A stretch of DNA of 32,000 nt from Dickeya dadantii NCPPB 898 (GTDB lineage Bacteria; Pseudomonadota; Gammaproteobacteria; Enterobacterales; Enterobacteriaceae): positions 777,260 through 809,259 of the forward strand of contig NZ_CM001976.1 of assembly GCF_000406145.1 (NCBI RefSeq), in the 5' to 3' direction. A model generated the notes under the pieces. It made no database searches. It was given only the letters and a program-made list of their open reading frames with translations, and was not told the DNA's origin. Positions 20,364 through 27,361 of this stretch are shown here, one piece after another. Numbering within the stretch: the stretch's first letter is position 1; every line of letters starts with the position of its first letter. The translations under genes were made by a program, and so were the position numbers.

Positions 20364-20411
20364 TTTTTATGCCTGCAGCAATTTATGCCCTAAGTAATTT
20401 ATGCGCTAAGC
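20364..20411. repeat. 16-bp tandem repeat: two good copies plus one degenerate copy, upstream of the MCP gene
   Basis: tttttatgcctgcagc / aatttatgccctaagt / aatttatgcgctaagc. It is followed by an 8-bp-stem hairpin, ggttgcag (20418-20425) / ctgcaacc (20440-20447). Confidence 0.7.
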
Positions 20412-20634
20412 AAGGCGGGTTGCAGCAAGGGCTGCGTGCCTGCAACCTTAAGCACGACGGGTAAATGATGTTGAGTTGATAAGAAAGTAATAGTGCAGAT
20501 TTAGATTTATGGCAGCCCTTCATGCTGTTTTATTCATTTTTGGCGGGTTATACCGTTTTAGCCGGGTTGACCGCGTTTCAGGCGTTGGCCTGACAGGCGC
20601 GGCATCAGCGTCGAAATGACAGCATCATCAGGCG

Positions 20635-20880
20635 TTACCGCACCGGTTTTTTCCAGAGCCTGTTTTGTGATGCCACGGCAATCAGTAAAATTTTTATTTC
20701 ATGCCGATGCGTTGATGAGGCGGTCATGGCGCTCTGCAAGGCTTGACCTGCTGTTTTCACGATGGAAGCGCCATATTGCTTTGGCACGAGAGCCTGACCC
20801 GGTGATACCGGTTTTCCTGCTATATAACTCACCGCTTCAATTTCTATAGCCCGATCGGTTAATGTCTGTGTATACACCAT
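20635..20880 (-). CDS. Hypothetical 81-aa protein (possibly a frameshifted remnant)
   Basis: Track ORF 20635..20895 has a TTG start; ATG at 20880 gives MVYTQTLTDRAIEIEAV.... There is no convincing SD and I recognise no family. A second frame stays open for 46 more codons past the stop (see findings). Confidence 0.3.
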   Translation of the reverse strand: MVYTQTLTDRAIEIEAVSYIAGKPVSPGQALVPKQYGASIVKTAGQALQSAMTASSTHRHEIKILLIAVASQNRLWKKPVR

Positions 20881-21187
20881 TTTTTTGTATCTCAATTTTG
20901 CATTGATACCTCCATCGGCGATATTTATTTTTTGATAAAAAAGGTCATGGTTAATAGCGTGGAAGTAAATAACACTCTTTTTACTGATAGATTGTTCATC
21001 TGTTATCCCTTTGAAGATGTCCTCAGCAGCATGGCTTTTTAGGGACTAAATTAAATCTATTTTGTGTGGTCTTATATGGCTATCCTGAAAATTAACTGTC
21101 GATATTCCTCCATGTTTTTATGGATAGAATGAGAATGAATGGTTTATGGGTAATTGAATGCACTAAGTGGTTTTAATGGGTTTTTTA

Positions 21188-21937
21188 TTATTGATTCATT
21201 AACTCCTGAAGCATTTTTTCAGGATTGTTCAGGAACGCACGCGTGATTTGATAGTGATCGGTGTCTTTATAATTCACCTGGGATATATTATCGCCATCAA
21301 ACTGATAAATTAATGCATCCGGGTAGCCCAGAAGAATCGGTGAATGGGTGGCGATAATAAACTGCGAATCATCCAGAATAAGGTCATGCATTCTGGCGAG
21401 CATCGCCAACTGCCTGGCCGGCGATAGCGCGGCTTCCGGTTCGTCAAGCAGGTATAACCCTTTGCTGCCAAAGCGGTTCATCATTAATGAGAGAAAAGAC
21501 TCGCCGTGCGACTGCTCATGTAACGAGTGGCCGCCATAGGAATTAATCACCGGCGGTCCAAAGGACGGTTCGGCATCAAGATGTTCAATTTCGGAGGCCA
21601 GATTAAAAAAGCTCTCGGCGCGGAAGAAGAATCCATTGCGGGGACGTTTAACGCCTTTGGCGATTCTCAGGTAACTGGATAGATTTGAGTGCGACGCCCG
21701 CGTACTGAAATTAAAATTTTGGGTGCCGCCTTCGGGGTTAAACCCGATTGCAACGGCAATCGCTTCCAACAATGTTGATTTTCCGCTGCCGTTCTCGCCA
21801 ATAAAAAAGGTAACCTTGGGGTGCGGGTCAATAAAGTCAAACGAATGAATAGCTGGAATAGAAAATGGATAAAGGTCGAATGATTCCACCTTATCGCGGT
21901 TGAGAGAGATACGGCTGATATATTGATTTGAAATCAT
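21188..21937 (-). CDS. Stand-alone ABC/RecF/SMC-fold P-loop ATPase (COG3910 / AAA_21-like), function unknown
   Basis: Walker A FFIGENGSGKSTLLEAI, signature-like EQSHGESF, Walker B GLYLLDEPEAALSP, H-loop FIIATHSPIL. It is 249 aa with no TM segments, is AT-rich relative to its neighbours, and has no adjacent permease or nuclease gene. Confidence 0.8.
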   Translation of the reverse strand: MISNQYISRISLNRDKVESFDLYPFSIPAIHSFDFIDPHPKVTFFIGENGSGKSTLLEAIAVAIGFNPEGGTQNFNFSTRASHSNLSSYLRIAKGVKRPRNGFFFRAESFFNLASEIEHLDAEPSFGPPVINSYGGHSLHEQSHGESFLSLMMNRFGSKGLYLLDEPEAALSPARQLAMLARMHDLILDDSQFIIATHSPILLGYPDALIYQFDGDNISQVNYKDTDHYQITRAFLNNPEKMLQELMNQ

Positions 21938-22080
21938 TCTGCGTCATTTCCTGCCATGGACAGCCCAAAAATATTCACTACCACACCGGGCTAATCATTC
22001 CAATAATTTTATTCCCGGCCACGTGGTTGTCAGTCACTTGCTAATGCAATATCCCGGGGATTCATCCGATTGCGTGAATT

Positions 22081-22494
22081 TTATCGAAAATCAGTAACTC
22101 CATTAATAGTAATGGTTATCATTATCAAGATCAACGGCGTTTTAGGAAAACCGATACTTAGGAAAATCGATAGCGATGTGTTTTTCAAAAACGATGGGTT
22201 TTCAAAAACGCTGTGGTGTTCAAAAAAGCTAGGCGAATGGCTGACGACAGGCAATCCGTGACAAACCGTGATAAAGACGGCTATTGAAATATTTATTTCA
22301 TTTTCCTTCGCGGCAATAAGCGGCTGAACGGCGATGCCCGCACGCCGGCTGGCCGTTTTATCAATGCGCCAGCTGTAAGGCGCTACATCATCCTTCTTTA
22401 CTAATTCCATGCCTTGATTACGTTTTTTTTCGTTCTGCAACGCGCTGGCGACCCGGTCGCGGTTTCGTGATTGTGCTAACACTATTTTGCTCAT
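22081..22494 (-). CDS. Doubtful 137-aa ORF; only the first ~65 codons look protein-like
   Basis: MSKIVLAQSRNRDRVASALQNEKKRNQGMELVKKDDVAPYSWRIDKTASRRAGIAVQPLIAAKENE has normal composition. The remainder is AT-rich and low-complexity, and coincides with the tandem repeats and dyads at 22142-22300. No SD precedes ATG 22494. Confidence 0.25.
   Translation of the reverse strand: MSKIVLAQSRNRDRVASALQNEKKRNQGMELVKKDDVAPYSWRIDKTASRRAGIAVQPLIAAKENEINISIAVFITVCHGLPVVSHSPSFFEHHSVFENPSFLKNTSLSIFLSIGFPKTPLILIMITITINGVTDFR
22142..22173. repeat. 16-bp perfect-phase tandem repeat (2 units, 14/16 identical)
   Basis: ttaggaaaaccgatac / ttaggaaaatcgatag. Confidence 0.85.
22180..22228. promoter_or_regulatory. 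Three phased copies of the palindromic motif GTTTT(T)CAAAAAC (17-18 bp spacing)
   Basis: gtttttcaaaaac (22180-22192) is a perfect 13-bp palindrome; gttttcaaaaac (22198-22209); gttcaaaaaag (22218-22228) is degenerate. Confidence 0.5.
22285..22300. promoter_or_regulatory. Dyad TGAAAT-N4-ATTTCA (same motif family as the iolA promoter dyad)
   Basis: tgaaat attt atttca. It contains tttatttca (= TGAAATAAA). Confidence 0.35.
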
Positions 22495-22544
22495 ATGTCA
22501 CCAAAATGTTACCTGGCGCGCAAAAACATAATTTCCAGTTTTAC

Positions 22545-22559
22545 TGAAATTGAAATAAA
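22545..22559. promoter_or_regulatory. Tandem TGAAAT TGAAAT AAA in the iolG upstream region (candidate IolR operator)
   Basis: tgaaattgaaataaa lies about 90 nt upstream of the iolG ATG. Nearby, GTTACCTG and GTTTTATT 8-mers are also shared with the iolA upstream region. Confidence 0.35.
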
Positions 22560-22646
22560 CGTTTTATTGTCTTTACTCTAACAAGCAGAACAGACCCTGA
22601 CCCCTACAACTAACCAGTGATACCCCGCGGTATCGAGGGAGTAGCC

Positions 22647-23633
22647 ATGTTTAACATTGCTTTACTGGGCGCCGGCCGCATCGGCCAGGTTCATGCCGTC
22701 AACATCGCCGAACATCTGGAAACCTGCCTCTATTCGGTGGTGGACCCCAACCTCGCCAACGCCCGGGCGCTGTCCGATAAGTATCAGGCCCGTCTGCAAA
22801 CCGTCGACGAGGCGATGGCCGACCCGGCGGTACACGCGGTGCTGATCGCCTCCGCCACCGATACCCACGCCGACCTGATTGAGCTGGCCGCTCGCCACGG
22901 CAAAGCCATCTTCTGCGAAAAGCCGGTGCACCTGGATATCGCCCGGGTGCGCGACTGCCTGAAGGTGGTGGAACAGCAGCAGGTGCCGTTGTTCGTCGGC
23001 TTTAACCGTCGCTACGACCCGCAGTTCCGCCGGGTGAAAACGCTGGCGGGCGAAGGATGCATCGGCAAGCCCGAGTCGCTGATGATTATCTCCCGCGACC
23101 CGTCGCCGCCGCTGGCGGAGTATGTGAGCGTGTCCGGCGGCATGTTCCGCGACATGACCATCCACGATTTCGACATGGTGCGTTTCATCATGGGCGAAGA
23201 GCCGGTATCGGTATTCGCGCAGGGCAGCAATCTGGTGGACCCGGCCATCGGCGCGGCCGGCGACATCGATACCGCTTTTGTGGTGTTCAAATTCGCGTCC
23301 GGCGCGATGGCCACCATCGTCAACAGCCGCCGCTCCGGCTACGGCTACGACCAGCGGCTGGAACTGCACGGCGAGCGCGGCGTGCTGAGCGCGGGCAATA
23401 TCCGTGAAAATCAGGTGGAACACTGGGGCGATGCGGGATGCCTCGCCGCCAAACCGGAACACTTTTTCTTGCAGCGTTACCGCGATGCCTACGCGGCGGA
23501 ATGGCGTCATTTCGTCGAGGTGCTGCACGGGCGAACCCAGCCCGAGTGCAGCGGCGTCGACGGCGAGCGGGCGCTGTATCTGGCCGACAAAGCGCTGGAG
23601 TCGCTGGCAACGGGGCGTGCGGTTTCGCTCTGA
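22647..23633 (+). CDS. iolG: myo-Inositol 2-dehydrogenase (IdhA/IolG type, Gfo/Idh/MocA family)
   Basis: MFNIALLGAGRIGQVHAVNIA... (Rossmann GxGxxG), AIFCEKPV, VGFNRRYDP. Track ORF is 22617..23633. The start was moved to ATG 22647, with GAGGGAG upstream. It is the first gene of the right-hand iol operon. Confidence 0.85.
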   Translation: MFNIALLGAGRIGQVHAVNIAEHLETCLYSVVDPNLANARALSDKYQARLQTVDEAMADPAVHAVLIASATDTHADLIELAARHGKAIFCEKPVHLDIARVRDCLKVVEQQQVPLFVGFNRRYDPQFRRVKTLAGEGCIGKPESLMIISRDPSPPLAEYVSVSGGMFRDMTIHDFDMVRFIMGEEPVSVFAQGSNLVDPAIGAAGDIDTAFVVFKFASGAMATIVNSRRSGYGYDQRLELHGERGVLSAGNIRENQVEHWGDAGCLAAKPEHFFLQRYRDAYAAEWRHFVEVLHGRTQPECSGVDGERALYLADKALESLATGRAVSL

Positions 23634-23674
23634 CATAACCGGGGGCCGATTATTGCCGCGGCCCCTGACATAAC
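23631..23674. repeat. 9-bp direct repeat TGACATAAC flanking a GC hairpin at the iolG stop
   Basis: tgacataac (23631-23639), then ggggccg (23642-23648) / cggcccc (23659-23665), then tgacataac (23666-23674). This is followed by ATAAC-rich low complexity (aataacagcataacataacagcat). Confidence 0.7.
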
Positions 23675-23750
23675 GATATGAATTAAATAACAGCATAACA
23701 TAACAGCATGACCTGACCTTCTACCTACACCCAAATACAGAGACAACACC

Positions 23751-24689
23751 ATGAAAAAGATAACCATCATGGCCGCCGCGATGGCCTTCACGATGTCGTC
23801 CGGTCTGGCGCAGGCCCAGAACGAACAGATTGTGTTCAGTACGCCTAATCTGGCGATGCCATTCGAAGTTCACATGCAGCGCACCGCGGTCAAGGCCGCT
23901 AAAGAATTGGGCGTTAACCTGCAGGTACTGGACAGCCAGGGCAGTTCCCCGAAACAGGTAGCGGATCTGGAAAACGCCATCACCCGCGGCGCGCAGGGCT
24001 TTGTGGTGTCGCCCAACGACGTCAATGCGGTGTCGGGCGCGGTAACGGAGATTCAGGACGCCAAATTGCCGGTGGTCACGCTGGACCGTTCGGTGAAGAC
24101 CGACAAGAAAGTGCCGCACTTCGGCGCCAACAACTACAAGGGTGGTCAGGCGATTGCCGATTTCGTCAAAGCGCGCTTTCCGAACGGCGCCGACATCGTG
24201 CTGCTGACCGGCCAGCCGGGGTCGTCATCCAACATTGAACGCACCCAGGGCATCCGCGACAGCCTGAAAGCCGGCGGCAGCAAGTACCGTCTGGTGGCGG
24301 ATCAGACCGGCAACTGGATGCGCTCCGAAGGGATGCGCATTGTGGAAAGCGTATTGCCGTCGCTGCCTAAACGCCCGCAGGTGATTCTGTCCGCCAACGA
24401 CGACATGGCGCTGGGGGCGATCGAAGCGCTGCAAAGCCAGGGGCTGAAGCCGGGCGAGGTAATGGTGACCGGGTTTGACGCGGTGCCGGAAGCGCTGGCT
24501 CGGGTGCGTGACGGCTGGCTGTCGGTGACCGCCGATCAGCGCCCCGGCTACGCGGTGACGCAGGCGATGACCCAACTGACCAACAATATTCGCACCAAGT
24601 CGCCGATCACCGGCGCGGATTACCCGCCGACCATGATCACCAAAGACAACCTCAACGACGCGGAACGTATCGGCGAAGCGGGCAAATAA
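23751..24689 (+). CDS. Periplasmic sugar/inositol-binding protein of an ABC transporter (RbsB-like, PBP type I)
   Basis: Signal peptide MKKITIMAAAMAFTMSSGLAQA. VVTLDR, LLTG.PG.S...R..G and NDDMALGA are typical of ribose/inositol-binding proteins. Confidence 0.85.
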   Translation: MKKITIMAAAMAFTMSSGLAQAQNEQIVFSTPNLAMPFEVHMQRTAVKAAKELGVNLQVLDSQGSSPKQVADLENAITRGAQGFVVSPNDVNAVSGAVTEIQDAKLPVVTLDRSVKTDKKVPHFGANNYKGGQAIADFVKARFPNGADIVLLTGQPGSSSNIERTQGIRDSLKAGGSKYRLVADQTGNWMRSEGMRIVESVLPSLPKRPQVILSANDDMALGAIEALQSQGLKPGEVMVTGFDAVPEALARVRDGWLSVTADQRPGYAVTQAMTQLTNNIRTKSPITGADYPPTMITKDNLNDAERIGEAGK

Positions 24690-24707
24690 GCGGACACACC
24701 ACTCACT

Positions 24708-24727
24708 CACCGGCCGGGCGGCCGGTG
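24708..24727 (+). promoter_or_regulatory. Intercistronic GC stem-loop between the binding-protein and ATPase genes
   Basis: caccggcc-gggc-ggccggtg (8-bp stem). Such hairpins commonly stabilise the upstream binding-protein mRNA segment in ABC operons. Confidence 0.5.
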
Positions 24728-24745
24728 ATGACGGAGGGCTATCCC

Positions 24746-26293
24746 ATGACTGAACCCTTACTGGCTATCACCGATCTGGCCAAGAATTTCTCCGGCGTCT
24801 GGGCGCTGAACAAGGTGCAACTGACGGTGCTGCCGGGAGAAATCCACGCCTTGCTGGGCGAAAACGGCGCCGGCAAGTCTACGTTGCTCAAGGCGCTGGC
24901 CGGGGCGCAACCCCAGACCAGCGGCGATATCCGCTTCAACGGCGAACTCTTGTCGCCGCAGGACTCGCCGGTGGAACGGCAGAATCGCGGCATCGTCACC
25001 ATCTATCAGGAATTCAACCTGCTGCCCAATATGACGGTGGCGGAAAACATGTTTCTCGGCCGCGAGCTGCAACGCAGCCGGCTGTTTGTCGATGCGCAGG
25101 CGGTCAATCAGGAAGCCCGCACGGTGCTGGAGTATCTGCAACTGAACATAGCGCCGACCACGCAGGTGGCGCGGTTGAGCGTGGCGCAGCAGCAGATGGT
25201 GGAAATCGCTCGCGCATTGACCCTCAACGCCCGGTTGATCGTGATGGATGAACCCTCCGCCGCGCTGAGCGACAGCGAGGTGGAGAGCCTGCACCGGGTG
25301 GTGCGCGAGCTGAAAGCGCGCGGCGTCAGCGTGATTTATGTCACCCACCGGCTGCACGAAGTGTTCCAGCTGTGCGACCGCTTCACCGTATTACAGGACG
25401 GCCGTTACACCGGCTCCGGCAACGTGGCCGACATCGATGTGGCGGGCATCATCCGCATGATGGTCGGGCGCGACGTGGTGTTCACCCGCCGCCCGCCGTC
25501 GGAAACCCATCATCAGGACAAACCGGTGCGGCTGGCGGTGAAAGGGCTGTGTCGGGAAAAACCGCCGCTCGACCCGCACGGCATCGCGCTCGACCACATC
25601 GGTTTTCAGGTTCATGAGGGGGAGATCCTCGGCATCGCCGGGTTGGTGGGCGCCGGTCGCACCGAGGTGGCGCGCTGCCTGTTCGGCGCCGACCCGTTTA
25701 CCTCCGGTGAATTCTGGCTCGACGGCCAGCCCTACCGGCCGGTCGACCCGCTGCACGCGCTCGATCAGGGCATCGCGCTGGTGCCGGAAGATCGCAAAAA
25801 AGAGGGCGCGGTGCTGGGCCTGTCGATCCGCAACAACCTGTCGCTCTCCAGCCTGTCGTCGCTGCTGCGCTGGCGCTACTTCGTCGACACTCGCCGCGAA
25901 GACGACCTGATCGAATCCTACCGGCAGGCGTTGCGCATCAAGATGGTGGACAGCGAGCAGGAGGTGCGCAAGCTCTCCGGCGGCAACCAGCAGAAAGTGA
26001 TTCTGGCGCGCTGTATGGCGCTCAACCCCCGGGTGCTGATCGTCGATGAACCGACGCGCGGCATCGACGTCGGCACCAAGTCCGAAGTGCATCAGGTGCT
26101 GTTCGATATGGCGAAACGCGGTGTGGCGGTGATCGTGATTTCCTCCGATCTGCCGGAGGTGATGGCGATTTCCGATCGCATCATCACGCTCAGCGAAGGC
26201 CGGATCACCGGCGAACTGCACGGCGATGACGCCACGGAAGAGCGGCTGATGACCCTGATGGCCATCTGCCATGACGCACAACAGGCCGCATAA
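24746..26293 (+). CDS. Sugar ABC transporter ATP-binding protein (duplicated ATPase, RbsA-like)
   Basis: Two ABC cassettes: GENGAGKSTL ... LSVAQQQMVEIARAL ... IVMDEPSA, then GLVGAGRTE ... LSGGNQQKVILARC ... LIVDEPTRGIDV. The start was moved to ATG 24746, with GGAGGG 7 nt upstream. Confidence 0.9.
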   Translation: MTEPLLAITDLAKNFSGVWALNKVQLTVLPGEIHALLGENGAGKSTLLKALAGAQPQTSGDIRFNGELLSPQDSPVERQNRGIVTIYQEFNLLPNMTVAENMFLGRELQRSRLFVDAQAVNQEARTVLEYLQLNIAPTTQVARLSVAQQQMVEIARALTLNARLIVMDEPSAALSDSEVESLHRVVRELKARGVSVIYVTHRLHEVFQLCDRFTVLQDGRYTGSGNVADIDVAGIIRMMVGRDVVFTRRPPSETHHQDKPVRLAVKGLCREKPPLDPHGIALDHIGFQVHEGEILGIAGLVGAGRTEVARCLFGADPFTSGEFWLDGQPYRPVDPLHALDQGIALVPEDRKKEGAVLGLSIRNNLSLSSLSSLLRWRYFVDTRREDDLIESYRQALRIKMVDSEQEVRKLSGGNQQKVILARCMALNPRVLIVDEPTRGIDVGTKSEVHQVLFDMAKRGVAVIVISSDLPEVMAISDRIITLSEGRITGELHGDDATEERLMTLMAICHDAQQAA

Positions 26294-26303
26294 CGGAGAT
26301 ACC

Positions 26304-27344
26304 ATGAGCATGCAGCAACCCTTATCCCGTACTAAACTGCCGACGCCGGCTAACGGCCGGGGACGCATCGACCCGATCGCTTTCTTCGAACGTTTCGGGG
26401 TGTTCATTTTCATGATCCTGCTGCTGATCTTTTTTCAGTCGCAGAACAGCAACTTCCTGACCGAGCGCAACATCACCAACATCCTTACCGAGGTGTCGAT
26501 CTACGGCATCATGGCGGTGGGCATGACCTTTGTGATCCTGACCGCGGGTATCGACCTGTCGGTCGGGTCGATTCTGGCGGTGTGCGCCATGACCGCCGCC
26601 TACGTGATCAAAGGCGATAATTTCACCACCGTCGACGCGCAAGCCTGGGGCGGCATGAGCTGGCTGGTGGGGTTGGGCATCTGCCTGGCGATGGGCACGG
26701 TGATCGGCTTTCTGCACGGGCTGGGCGTTACCCGCCTGCGGTTGTCGCCGTTTATCGTCACGCTGGGCGGCATGACCATCTGGCGCGGCCTGACGCTGGT
26801 GATCAACGACGGCGCGCCGATAGCCGGGTTTGACCCCGGTTACCGCTGGTGGGGACGCGGCGAACTGCTCGGCGTCTCCATTCCAATCTGGATCTTCGCG
26901 CTGGTGGCGCTGATCGGTTGGCTGGCGCTGCATAAAACCCGCTGGGGGCGTTTCGTCTACGCCATCGGCGGCAACACCGAGGCGGCGCGGTTGGCCGGGG
27001 TCAACGTGCAGCGGGTGCTGGTCAGCGTCTACGTGGTGATCGGCGCGCTGGCGGGGCTGGCGGGCTTTATTCTCAGCGCCCGGCTGGGTAGCGCCGAAGC
27101 GGTGGCCGGTATCTCGTTCGAACTGCGGGTGATCGCCTCGGTGGTGATTGGCGGCACCTCGCTGATGGGCGGCTACGGGCGTATCAGCGGCACCATCATC
27201 GGCTCCATCATCATGGGGATCCTGATTAACGGGCTGGTGCTGATGAACGTTTCCGCCTACTACCAGCAGATTATCACCGGCCTCATCATCGTGCTGGCGG
27301 TAGCGTTTGATACCTACGCCAAGAGCCGGCGCGGCGCCATCTGA
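26304..27344 (+). CDS. Sugar ABC transporter permease (RbsC-like)
   Basis: 346 aa and polytopic, with LTAGIDLSVGSILA and TLGGMTIWRGL motifs. ATG 26304 has GGAG 5 nt upstream, 10 nt after the ATPase stop. Confidence 0.9.
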   Translation: MSMQQPLSRTKLPTPANGRGRIDPIAFFERFGVFIFMILLLIFFQSQNSNFLTERNITNILTEVSIYGIMAVGMTFVILTAGIDLSVGSILAVCAMTAAYVIKGDNFTTVDAQAWGGMSWLVGLGICLAMGTVIGFLHGLGVTRLRLSPFIVTLGGMTIWRGLTLVINDGAPIAGFDPGYRWWGRGELLGVSIPIWIFALVALIGWLALHKTRWGRFVYAIGGNTEAARLAGVNVQRVLVSVYVVIGALAGLAGFILSARLGSAEAVAGISFELRVIASVVIGGTSLMGGYGRISGTIIGSIIMGILINGLVLMNVSAYYQQIITGLIIVLAVAFDTYAKSRRGAI

Positions 27345-27361
27345 CACAGGGAGCGACAGGC

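Noticed and set aside
21188-21937. The idea that the 249-aa ATPase is an extra ATP-binding subunit of the neighbouring inositol ABC transporter.
   Set aside because: It is on the opposite strand, separated by ~1.8 kb, and clearly AT-richer. It lacks the canonical LSGGQ signature and the transporter-coupling features. The iol transporter already has its own duplicated ATPase.
21934-21957. 7-codon uORF (MAGNDAE) overlapping the ATPase start in an ATGA arrangement.
   Set aside because: No SD precedes it. An ATGA overlap of this size is easily produced by chance in AT-rich DNA.
20364-22173. The 16-bp tandem repeats considered as a CRISPR-like array.
   Set aside because: The units are directly adjacent without spacers, there are only 2-3 copies, and no cas genes are present. 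They are simple tandem repeats.
22070-22261. 63-aa + strand ORF (TTG start) opposite the 137-aa ORF.
   Set aside because: It has a TTG start without an SD. It is made almost entirely of the tandem repeats and palindromes, so its openness is explained by repeat structure rather than coding.
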